Source: Scenedesmus sp. PABB004 (Eukaryota). From it: a DNA stretch of 64,000 bases. The notes beneath the pieces are model-generated. The model saw nothing but the letters and a program-made list of their open reading frames with translations. It was not told the origin of the DNA and did no database searches. The stretch is taken from positions 62,001 to 126,000 of the forward strand of contig JABVCE010000038.1 in assembly GCA_014905635.1 (NCBI GenBank). The letters run 5' to 3'. This document shows, one piece after another, positions 12,887 to 23,729 of the stretch; the first letter of the stretch is position 1; each line of letters begins with the position of its first letter. The translations under genes and the position numbers were made by a program.

Positions 12887-14603
12887 TCAGTACATGGGCG
12901 GCACCCAGGCCTCCTTGGGGTCCATCTTCTCAAAGCCAGCGCCCGAGGAGTGGATGCCCGCGCTGTCGCCGTCGTGCGTGTACTGCTCGCTGTACTCGCC
13001 CGACCGGCGGCGGCCGAGCTTGTTGTCCCACACGCTGCGCGCCGCGCGCACCGGGCGGCGGGCGGCGCGGCGCGCGGCGGGCGGCGGGCGGCGGCGGTGG
13101 GCGGCGGCGCGCGCGGCGCGGGCGGCGGCCTGAACCCTCGCCCGCGGCGCGGCGCGCGGCGCTCACGAGAACCACGCGCGGTAGCCGCCGCGCAGGCCGA
13201 CGATGTTGGTGTAGCCCGCCTCGTCAAGGGCCTCGAGCGCGCTGATGCTGTACTGCGTGCCGTTGCCGCAGCCGATGAGCAGCTTCGCGTCCTTGCTCGG
13301 GAAGCGCTTCTCCACCTGGCCACCGCCGGCGGCGGGCAGCGGCGGCGGCGGCGTGTTCGTGCCGTGGCGCCAGCGGCGGCGGCGTGGCGTCGGGACGGCG
13401 CGCGCGCGGCGCCCTGGGGCGCCCCGGGCAGCGCGGGTGTCGCTCTGCCCTGCCCTTCTGCTTTGCTCGCCCCGCCCCGCTGCTTTGCTCGCCCCGCCCC
13501 GCTGCTTCGCTGCTTTGCTCGCGCTGCCCCGCTGCTTCGCTGCTTTGCTCGCGCTGCCCCGCTGCTTCGCCCCGCTGCCCCGCTGCGTTGCTGCGCACCA
13601 TGCGGATGAAGTCCGGGTTGTCCTCCTTGACCACCTTCTTGGTGCGCGTCTCGGCGTCATACACCTGCGCGCCGCCAGAGCGCAGCGGGCGGCGGGACGC
13701 ACGCGCAGCCGCTCGGGCGCGGCCTAGCAGGCCGCCAGCGCACGCGCCCCGCTGCTGGCGCACGCCCGCTGCCCGCCGCCGTGCGCGGCTGCCCGGGGCT
13801 GCTGCCCGCTCTTCTCAGCTGTCCGCTCAGCCCAGCTCGGCCCGGCTCAGCTCAGCTCGGCTCCGTGAGCTTGCAGCCCGCACCTTGCGGGCGTTGACAA
13901 AGGGGATGTTGACCGAGTCCTTCACCTTGCCCACGTCCTCTACCTCCAGCGCACTGCGCACGTCGAGGTAGGTGTAGCCGCCGTTGGAGTAGAGGCACTG
14001 CGGCGCGCGCGGGCGGCGGGGCGCGTGGGCGCGGGGCAGGGGCGCGCACGCGCGCGCCGACGCCGCCGGGCGACGCCGCCGGGCGACGCCGCCGGGCGGG
14101 CGCTTCTGGAAGCGGCAGCGCGCTGCGTGCGCGCGGGCGCGCAGCAGCGCCGCGCCCGGCCGCTGCGCGCTGCGGGTCCGCCAGGCGCAGCAGCGGCCTG
14201 CACGCGCTGGCGCGCCGCCCGGGCCGCCGGCGCCGCGGGCGCCCCGCGCCGGCGGCGCGCGCGGCGCCGCTGCCGCGCCCGCACGGCCGGCAGCGCCGCG
14301 CCGCGGGGCGGCCCATTGGCGCCGCGCCCGCGCGTGCCACGCGCGTTCGTCCCGGGCCGCCCGCTGCGCGCCCGGGCTGCCCGCTGCGCGCACCCGGGCC
14401 TGCTCCGCGTCCGCGACGCCATCGTCCGGGAAAGCGGCGAGCGTGTGCTGGATGAACTCCGGGTCGGGCCACTCCCGGATCATCGCACGCACCACGGGCG
14501 CGCGACGGCTGCGGGCGGCGCCCAGGCCGCGCGCGGGCGCGGCGAGGCGAGCGGCGCCGGGCGCGCGGTGGCCCAGGCGGGCGCGGGAGGCGAGGGCGGC
14601 CAT
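12887..14603 (-). CDS. Rhodanese-like domain protein, chloroplast-targeted
   Basis: Transit-like N-terminus MAALASRARLG, then IREWPDPEF, YTYLDVRSALE, LLIGCGNG, GYTNIVGLRGGYRAW and WDNKLGRRR...VPPMY*. Confidence 0.88.
13461..13585. repeat. Intronic ~30 bp degenerate tandem repeat (ctgcttcgctgctttgctcgcgctgccccg)
   Basis: About 4 imperfect copies inside a rhodanese intron. Confidence 0.75.
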
Positions 14604-15015
14604 GGCGGCGGCGTGACCGGTGGGGCGGGGGTGCGGCCAAAGGTGGCGCGCGAGCGCGCGGCGGCCCGCTTTGGCAGCAGCAGCGAGAAGACCTGCGGGC
14701 GCGCGCGCCGGCGCGCGGGCGGCGGCGGCGCTGGCGGCCGCGTGGCGGCTGCGTCGTGGTACCTCCCGGTACCTCCCCTCCTCGCAAGCACCGCACCACG
14801 TAACCAAGCACCCGGCGCAGCTCCGCACGCAACCCCGGTCGCGGCGCTTCGCTCTCTTGCACACCCAGCTCCTTCACCGGCCCCCTGCCAGCCACGTCTC
14901 CACAGCTTCGGCCGGGCTCCCGAGCGCGCGGACGGGGCTGCGGCGCAGCAGCGCGGCCCCGGAGCGCCGCCGCGGGCTGCCGGAGCTCGCGCGGCCGCCT
15001 TGACCGGCCGGCGCC

Positions 15016-18000
15016 ATGTCAAAGCAGGCGCGCCCCGGCGCGCCGGGCCAGCCCGGGCGGGCTTCGACGCTCTCGGAGCCGCTGAGCCACAAGTCGGTAG
15101 TGGAGAAGCAGCGGTGCGCGCGCGCGCGCGCCGCCCGCTGCTCCGGCGCCCCCTTGCTCCGCCGCCGGCCGCCGACCGCTCGCGGCGCGCGCGGAGTCTC
15201 CCACCCGGCCCCCCAGGGCGGCCATCAGCAAGCTGCGGGAGCAGAACGCGCGGTTGAAGGAGGAGCTGCTGCTGGAGAACAAGTTCAGCGTGCGCCCGAG
15301 CAACCCGGGCGCCGCGGCGCTCATCAACAAGCTGCAGGACGAGGCCGACCTCTTCACACGCAAGGTGGGCGGCGGCTCCAGCCGGGGCAGGGTCCGCGGC
15401 GCGACCGACGCGCGACCGACGCCACCCCGGCACGCCGCGCGCGCTGCGGCCGCCGCGGCGCGCGCCGCCCCCCATCATCGCCCGCGCCCCCACGCCGCGC
15501 GCCCGCGCCCCGCAGATCCAGCTGGAGCGGCGCAAGGTGCTGATGCTGCAGCAGCAGCTCGAGGCGGCGTCGGGGCAGCTCGGCGCGAGCCGCACCGCGA
15601 TGGGCGGCATCTTCAGCGCGCGCGAGCAGGCGACCGCGGCGGCAAAGCAGATCACGATCCTGGAGAACCGGCTCGAGAAGCAGTTTGTCAAATACAACGA
15701 GGTGCGGCGGCCCACCGCCTGGTCAGGGCCTGGTCAGGGCCAGGGCCGCGGCGCGGCGCGGCGTGTCAGCACGTGGACCCGCCGCCGCTGGCTCACGTCC
15801 GGCGCGCGCGCCCCGCGCGCGCGCGCGCGCGGCACGCGCAGGCCATCACGCACAACAAGCAGCTGCAGGAGCAGATCGACAACCTGCGGCGCGAGCGCCT
15901 CATGTTTGAGGCCATCGACGCTAGCCTGGACAAGGAGCTCGCACGCATCAAGCGCACCATCGCGGGTCAGCGCCGGCTGCCGGCGCGGCGCGGCGCGGGA
16001 GCCGGCGCCGGCAGCAGCCGCCGGCCGCGGCGGCCTCACGCGCGCCGCGCCACCGCGCCGCGCCGCGCCGCGCCGCGCCCAGACACCATCACCGCCGCCA
16101 ACGAGGCGCACGTGGGCAAGGACAAGGCGCTCGCCGAGGTCGCGGCGCTGAAGCTGGCGGCGGAGAAGGAGCACGCGGCGTTCGAGGAGGAGTGGCGCCA
16201 GCTGTCGCACATCATCGAGGACGACCGGTGCGTCGGCTGACCCGCCCCGCGCGGCGCGGCCGGGCGGCTGCTGGCGCGCGCGCGTCGCCGACGGCCGCCG
16301 CCGCCGCCGCCGCTGGCCGCAGGCGCGGGCGCGAGGCGGCGCGGCAGATGGAGATGGCCGAGCGCGAACGTCGCACGCAGGAGCTGCTCAAGAGCTGCGA
16401 GGCGCGCGCGGCAGCCGCCGGGCGCGCGGGGCGCGGTCGGGCCCGCCGCTTGCACGGCGCGCCGCCGACGCGCTGCGCGGCGCCCGCCCGCCCGCACGCG
16501 CGCGCGCAGGCAAGCGCGGCGGGGCGCAAGAAGGCGGTGCGCGGCAGCTGGGCGGTCGGCATGAGCAAGGTGCTCGCGCAGGACGTGAGCCACGAGAAGG
16601 TCCGCCTCTTCGGCGAGGCGTTTGCCAAGATCCAGGACGCCACGGGTGAGCGCCGACGCGTCGGCGACGCCCGCAGCACTGGGTTTGCCGCCGCCGGGCC
16701 GCGCCGCACCACACTCCGCGAGTCCACGCTCCACCACACCGCCCCGCGCCGCCGCGCCCCGCTGCTGTTGCCGGCAGGCATCCAGGACATCGACGCGCTC
16801 GTGGCGGCGTTTGGGTCGGGCGAGGACGCCAACTACACGCTCTTTGCCTACGTCAACGAGGCACGCCGGGGCCAGGGTTTAGGGTTTAGGGTCTAGGGTA
16901 TAGGGTCTAGGACCCCACCTCGCGCGCCGCGCCGCGCTGCGCTCCAGCGCGCGGCCTCGCGGGCACGTGCGGCGGAGGCGTGCGGGCTGGCCGCCGCTCA
17001 CGGCGGCCCGCGCCGCCGGTCGCAGGTCAACGCGGAGGTGGAGGCGCTAGAGGACAACATTGGGCGCGTGCGCCAGGAGATTGAGGCCGCGCAGGCGCAG
17101 GTGCGGCGCCGCGCGCAGCGACGCCGGCAGCCGCGAGGGACGTGCGCGCGCGCGCGCGGGCGCGCGCAGGTCGTCGCCGAGCGCGGCGCGCGCCCCGGCC
17201 GCCGCCGCCGCCGCGCAGGCGCGCGCGAGCGAGGCGGCCGCGAGCGCGGCCGCGGGCAGCAGCCTCGCGCGCGGCGCGGCGGCGGAGGCCAAGGCCGCCG
17301 CGTACGAGCGCCGCCTCGGCGCCGCCGCGGGCGTGGTGGAGCAGCTCAAGGGCGGCGTGGGCGCGCTCTTTGACGTGGCGGTGCGGCCTGCGCGCGGCGC
17401 GCGTGGCGCCGCTGCAGCGGCCCTGGCGGCACGCCGCCGCGCGTGGGGTCAACGCCTGACTGACCCGCGGCGCGCGTGCAGGGCTGCAACACCAACACCG
17501 TGCGCGAGCTGCTGGGCGACGCGCTGACCGACGCCAACGTGCTGGCGCACCTGGGCATCGTCGAGCAGCGCAGCAACGAGCTGCTGCAGGCGCGCGCGGC
17601 GGCGGGCGGGCCTCGGACCGCCGCCTTGGACCGCGCGTGCGCGGATCCGCCCGCCCGCCCGCCCCGGCGCAGGCGTACGCGCTCAGCAAGCCTGGCAACG
17701 CGGCGCTGCAGGAGCTGCTGCATGCACCGCCGGCCGCGCCGGCGCCGTCGCACCGCATCGCGGTGGACCCGCCGTCCACGCTGGAGCCGAGCGCCGCCGC
17801 GGCGCCCGGCCCCGGCGGCGCCGCCGCCGCGCCGGGCCTGGGCGGCAACGGGGGCCTCGCCGCGCTGCTGGACCAGGGCGACGCGGCGGGCGGGGAGGAG
17901 GCGCTGCCCGACGACGTGCCGCTCACGCGCAGCCAGCTGCAGGCCAAGGTGCGGGGTGCGGCGCGGGGTGCTGCGACAGCTGGAGGCCCACTTCGCCTCC

Positions 18001-18163
18001 CTCGGCTGCCACAGCATGGCCCCCCCCCCACTGCCCCGCCCCGCTGAGCGCCGCCCCTCCCGTGCCGCCCGTGCAGGTGACCAAGAACCTCGACAGGATT
18101 GTCGAGCGCAGCCTGCGGGTCAAGCCCGTCGGCGCGGGCGGCTCCGCGGCGCGGCGGCGGTAG
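15016..18163 (+). CDS. ODA1: Outer dynein arm docking complex subunit 2 (CCDC63/114 family)
   Basis: Segments closely resembling Chlamydomonas DC2 as recalled: HKSVVEKQRAAI, ELLLENKFSVRP, MGGIFSAREQ, LENRLEK..VKYN.AITHNKQL, FEEEWRQL. Stop TAG at 18161-18163. Confidence 0.9.
16873..16911 (+). repeat. Interstitial degenerate telomere-like (TTTAGGG) tract inside an ODA1 intron
   Basis: cagggtttagggtttagggtctagggtatagggtctagg. Confidence 0.8.
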
Positions 18164-18215
18164 CGGCTGCGGCGCGGTCGCCGGCGCGTGGCGCGAGGCC
18201 CGCCTGCAACTTGCT

Positions 18216-18220
18216 TTACA
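18216..18220 (-). terminator. TGTAA poly(A) signal of the DUF5054-like gene
   Basis: ttaca on the plus strand, ~55 nt past the minus-strand stop. Confidence 0.6.
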
Positions 18221-18273
18221 GCCCCGCTCCCGAGGCACGCCAGTCCCCCGCGCCCCACACCGCGCCGCTGCGC

Positions 18274-21200
18274 TCACGCCGCCGGGGGCGGCACGCGCTC
18301 GGCGGCGAGCTCGAAGCGGAACGCCATGTCGGCGTCGCCGGGCGTGTAGGGCGCCCACATGGCGTAGTTGGTGCCCTGCGCGCGGGCGCGGGGGCGAGCG
18401 GGCGGACCAGGGGTCGCGCGGCCGCGGCGGCCGCCGCACGGCCAAGGCGCTGCGCAGCTCGCTCCGCGCCGGCACGGGAGCCCGGCCGCCCTGCCCCGCC
18501 CCCCCCCCCCCCAATCCCGCCCCCGCCCCCGCCGCGGGCGCGTGCGCCGCACCCAGACGTTGTTGACCAGGTTTACCGACACGCCCCGGCGCATGTCCGG
18601 GCCGAGGCAGGGGTTTGGAAACGGCGCGGGCGCGCCCAGCGCGACGAGCGGCGCGTCGAGCGTGCGCAGCAGCAGCCGCTCGCGCCCGTCGGCGCTGCGC
18701 ACGCTCGCGCCGGCCGACACGGCGTGCAGGGAGTGGCTGCCGTTGACGATGATCTGCGCCCACGCCGGCGGCGGCGGCGGCGGCAGGGTTTTGGTCGGTG
18801 GTGGCAGGGTTTTGGTCGGCGGCGCGCGCCACGCCGCCCAGCCACGCCGCCGCCGCCGCCGCTGTGCCCCCCCCCCCCCCCCCCCGCGTGCCGCCGCCGG
18901 CGTCGCGCCTGGTGCGGGCGGATGTGGCTGTCGAGCTTGCGCAGCGCCCAACTGCCCGCGTCCACCGCGCCGGGGCCGGGCTCGAAGCGCAGCCAGAGCG
19001 CCTCGGGCAGGCGCGTCGGCGTCTTGTCCTGCCACACCGCGGCGACGCGCAGCGGCGCGTCGCCGGGCGGGCTGTGCAGGTGCAGCCACGCGGCCGCGGG
19101 CGCGCCGGCGTCGCGCACGAGGCGGCGGGGGAAGGAGAGGCGCAGGTGGAGCTCCAGCCCGCGCGACTCGTCTTGCGTGTGCCACGCCTGCACCAGCCGC
19201 GGCTGCGCGCGCGGCGGGCGCCGCGCGGGCGTCGGCGGCGGCGGTGCATGGCGGCGCGCGGCGGGCGGCGCGGCGCGGCGCGGCGACCGCGCACCGTGGC
19301 CACCACGCTCATGTTTGAGCTCGCGCTCAGGTTTTTCTGCGAGGCGAGCCGCGGCGCAGGGCGTCGGCGCGCGCGGCGGCGGCGCAGCCACGACCGGCGC
19401 GCGACGCGGCAGCGCGCGGCAGGCGCGGACGGTGCAGCAGCAACCGGCAGAGCGTGGCGGGCGCGGATGGAGCGGCAGGCGCGGCAGGCGCGGCGTGCAA
19501 GGCGCTAGCCACGTGCCTTGCGGAAGTCGTCCCAGAAGACCGCCGTCTCATAAGCGTAGTGATCGATGACCACCTGGGCGGCAGTGGAGGGGAGGGGATG
19601 GAGGTGGGCGCGGCGCGGCGCCGCGCGTCGGCGTGGCCGGCGGCGCCGCGCGTCGGCGGGGCCGGCGGCGGTCTTGCCCGCTGCAGGGGGCGAGGCCGGC
19701 CTCAGCCCGAACCCCACCTGGAAGTCGTCGGCGTTGTAAACGTTGTACTGCAGCTGGCCAAACGCCCCACGCGGCGCCCGCCCCGCCGTTGCGCCGCTGG
19801 GCGGCGCATCCGCGCGCAGCCGCCGCCGCTGCTGCGCGAGCGCGCCCGCCGCCGGCGGCCGCGGCGGCGCGGCTGCCCAGTCGTTGCCCCACCCCGGCGC
19901 GCCGCCGCCCGGGCCGCCGCCGGGGTGCCAGCGCTGCAGGCGCGCGAGGCCGCCTGCGCGGCCCGGCGCGCGGGGCAGGGGCAGGGAGCTGGTCGGTGCC
20001 GCGCCGCGTGCCGCTGGTGTCGTGCATTGCGCCGCGCCCCACCTGTGCGCGGGTCGATTTGGATCTTCCAGGCGTGGCTGCAGAACAGCAGCAGCTCCGG
20101 CCGCGATTCGCCCGGCCGGCAGTCTGGCGATTCGCGATTCCCCAGCCGGGCCTCGGCGCTCCGCCCCAGCGCCGCCGCCGCGCCGGCGACGGCCAGGCCC
20201 GCCTCGCTCGTGCTGGCCAGCCGGCGCCGCGCGGCGCGGTCGGCCGCCACCGACGCGCGCACCGGGTGCGACGCGGGCAGCGCCTGCCGACGGCGCACGG
20301 GCGTGCGGGGGGGCCGCCGGGTCAGCGGCGCGCCTTGGACCGCCGGCCCGCCGGCCCGCGCGCGAGCCAGGCCGCCGCCACCGCGCGCCGCACCTCCAGC
20401 GCCCAGTCCACGTACGCGCGCTGCCGCCGCCAGGAGGCGAGCGACAGCGCCAAGCCCGGGTGCGCCGCCTCGCCCTCGGCCAGGAAGCGGCGCAGCCAGG
20501 CGTTGCGATAGTCAGAAAAGTCGTCTGAGCGCGGCGGCGGCGGCGGCGGCGCGGCCGCGGCAGGGCGGGCGGCGGTCGGCGCCGCGGGGCGCGCGCGGCG
20601 GGCGCGCGCGGCAGCATGGATGGCGCCGCGCGAGGGCTCACCAAACTTGACGTTGAAGGAAATGCCCCTGCGAGCGGTTGACACCAGGCGTGGCCCTCAG
20701 CGCGGTCACAGGCGCAGGCGCAGGCGCGGCGCGCGTGAGCGTGTGCCCAGCCGCGCCCCCTTGCGCGTGGGCACCCACCCGGTGTGCTCCGCCACCTTGA
20801 CCAGCAGGCGCGTGAAGTTTCGGTACGCCGCACTCTGCGCGCGGCAGCGCGGAGCGGCGGTGGCGCCACCGCACGCGAGCCCCCCCTCGCCGTGAGGCGG
20901 CGTGCGCGCACGCGCTGGGGCGCTGCGCTCCCGCCCGCGCAGCCCCGCGGCGCGGCGCGGCGTGCGCGCTTCCGGTGCCCGCACCTGGTCGTCGCAGGCG
21001 GGCGCGGCGGCGCAGGCGCGCCGCGCGCGCAGCACTGCCCGGTAGTCGGCGGTACGCCCCGGGTCGGCGGCGACGCCGTGTATCCAGGTGTCGCCGATCT
21101 CCCCTGCGCCGCGTGGAGTGTGACGTTCGGCCAGCGCCGCGGCGCCGGGGCCCCGCGGCGCCCAGCGGCTGGGCGCGGCTTGCGCTTTCGCGCCGCGCCG

Positions 21201-23152
21201 CGGAGGGCGGCGGCGGCGCGCCGCGGCCGGGCTGCCCCGCGCACCCGTGACGACGGGCAGGGTCAGCCCCGCCTCCACCGCCGCCTCCAGGTGGGACAGG
21301 TACTCATCCAGGCTGCTCGCCAGCACGCGCGCATGCGGCCACTCGCGGCGCACCTGCGCAAACATGGCCGCCAGCTCCTCCACGCTCTGGGGCGGGCCTG
21401 CGCGCCGGGGCGCGCGCGGGCCGGGCACGCTCGCATGCAGCTCGCGCGGCGGCCGGCTGCGCGCCGCGCCGCCGCCGCCGGGCTGGGGCGGCGCAGGGCG
21501 CGGCGCAGCGCGCGCGCACCCTCGTTGTCCTGGCGCCAGGAGGCGCAGAGCGCGTGGTCAAAGCCCCGCGCCGTCACGCAGTCTGCCGCGTTGTCCATCT
21601 GCAGGAGCGAGCCGTTGCTGTCCTGGGTGTAGCCGGCGTAGCCGCCTGGGCGAAGGGAGGAGGCGCGCGCGGTCGCGGTCGCGGCGGCCACGCGGCAAGG
21701 CGCGGCGCGGCCGCGCGCTCGCTGCCGGCGCGCTTGCCGCCAGCCAGAGCTGCAGCCCGGGCCCGCGGCCGCGCCTGGGTGCCACATCGCGAGCAGCTGC
21801 GCGCCGCTCTCCTCGTCGCGCCACACAAAGGGCGTGCACTTGGGCACGCCCGGGGGCGCTGAGAAGGCGTTGACGCCGCCCGTCAGCGCGCGCACGCCGC
21901 GCGACGCCAGCACGGGCACCGCACCGCGCGTCAAGCCCGGCACGTCGCGCTGCGGCGCGCGGCGGCGGGCCGGGGTCTCGCACGGCACGCGGCAGAGCAC
22001 GCGGCGGAGGCGCACGCGGCGCGGCGCGCCGCCGGGTCACCGCCGCCGCCGCCGCGTGCCGCCGCACCAGGCTGGCCATGCGCTTGGGCGGCAGCCCGTG
22101 CGCCGCGTCGAGCGCGTGCGTGACGTCCACCGCGGCGCCGAGCAGCTCCGCGCTGAACACCTGCGGCACCGCGGGCCCCCGGCGGCGCGGGCGTCGGCGC
22201 GGGCGTCGGCGCCGCGCCGTGCCGAGGGGCTCCTCCCCCCATGCGCGGCAGCGCCCTGCCCGCCCTGCAGTCCCCCCTACCCCCCCCCCCCCCCCCCCCA
22301 CGTGCCTCATACTGGGGTTGAAAGGCACCGCGTGCCACGTGATCACGCCGCGCCGCACCGCGTCCGCGACCGCGGCCGCCTCGGCCGCGCTGGGGCAGCG
22401 CGCCCCGAGGCCGGGCGGGCAGTCAAAGAAGAGCGAGAGCAGCCAGGAGTGGGTGAGGTACCTGCGGCCCCCGGCGGCGCGGTGTGTGGCATGATGCGTG
22501 GCACGGCGCGGGCGCCCGCGGCTCGGCGGCGGGCCGGCCGGCGGGGCCGGCGCGTGCAGCGCGTGGCGCGCCTGAAGCTGTCGCGGTGCTTGTTGAGCGG
22601 CGACGCCGCCCACTCGGCCGCGACCCGGATCTGCGGCGCGGCGGTTGGCGGCGGTTGCGGGCGCGCCGCCGGCGATGCGCGCGGCGCGGCGCACGGCGCG
22701 GCGCGAGCGCACTCGCGCGGCGCACGCACCGCGGTGGGGAAGTGGGTGTGCCAGTAGAGCTCGAGCACGCCCGAGTCGAGGTCGGTGAAGCCCACGTCCT
22801 GCGCGACGGCGAGCCAGCGGCGTCAGCTGCAGCGCGGCCGCGTCGCGCGCGGCACGATTTCGCGGCGGCGGTGCGGCCGGGAGGTGTCGGGGCCGCCCGC
22901 CGCGGCACCCGGTCGGGCTACCCGGCCGGCAGCACGCGGCAGAGAGAGAGGGAGAGCAGGCGCGGAGCAGCGGGCGTGGCGCCGCTGCCGCTGCCGCCGC
23001 GTGCACGAGACACCCCCACGCGCCAGGTGGTTGCTGAACACCACGTGCACGGTCTTGACGCCGTGGCGCTCGGCCGCCGCCGCCGCTGCGGCCGCGAGCG
23101 CTGCGAGGCACGCCAGCGCGGCCGCTGCTCGCGCGCTGCGTGGCCGCGCCAT
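18274..23152 (-). CDS. Secreted glycoside-hydrolase-like protein (GH38-like N-terminus, DUF5054-like)
   Basis: Signal peptide, then VHVVFSNHL|DVGFTD, YLTHSWLLSLFFDCP, ITWHAVPFN, RDVPGLTR, EIGDTWIHGVAADP, KVAEHT, KTPTRLPEALW and NLVNNVWGTNYAMWAPY. Confidence 0.82.
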
Positions 23153-23729
23153 CGCGCTGCACTGGTGCCGATCGGGCGTCGGCGGCCCCGGCCTTGCTGC
23201 GGCGACGGCAGCGGCACCGGGTGCCAGCACCAGGCGCGCGCAGGGCTCAGCGGTTGAGCGCGGTTCAGCCGCTCGAATTTACTCGTCCGCAGCAACTCGT
23301 CCGCACCGCCGCCGCGCCAATGCAGCGCAGACCCGGTCCGCGCGCCAACGCAAGTGCAGCCGCCCCGCCCGCTGTGGCTCCCCCCTCCCGCGCGCGCCCC
23401 CTCCGGACGGCGCCGTGCATGCAGATTAGCGACCGCCTGACTGCCTGCCTGGCTGCCCTCGGCACAGCTGGCGGGCAGGAGGGGCGTGTCGCCGCCCCCT
23501 GCGCCGCCGTCCCTGTCGCATCGCCACACAGTCAAGTGCCGCTCGCGGCGCAGTGCGCCAAAAAAACGCGCGGCCCGCGTCGCGCGCGCGCGCGCGCGCA
23601 TGCAAACCGACCGACGAGGAGGCGCCGCCGCGGCCTGTACAGGCGCGCGCTTCCTCGCTCGCCGTCGCCGCGCCGCGCCGTCGCCGCGCGCGGCGTCTCG
23701 CGTCCGCGGCCTCGCCGGCCTCCCCCGCC

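Noticed and set aside
13461..13585. CRISPR-like appearance of short repeats (also 27510-27585 and 31626-31674)
   Set aside because: These are tandem repeats without unique spacers, in a eukaryotic intron or UTR context, with no cas genes.
17101..17218. Apparent frameshift in ODA1 if the acceptor at 17169 is used
   Set aside because: Using the CAG at 17216-17218 keeps the reading frame.
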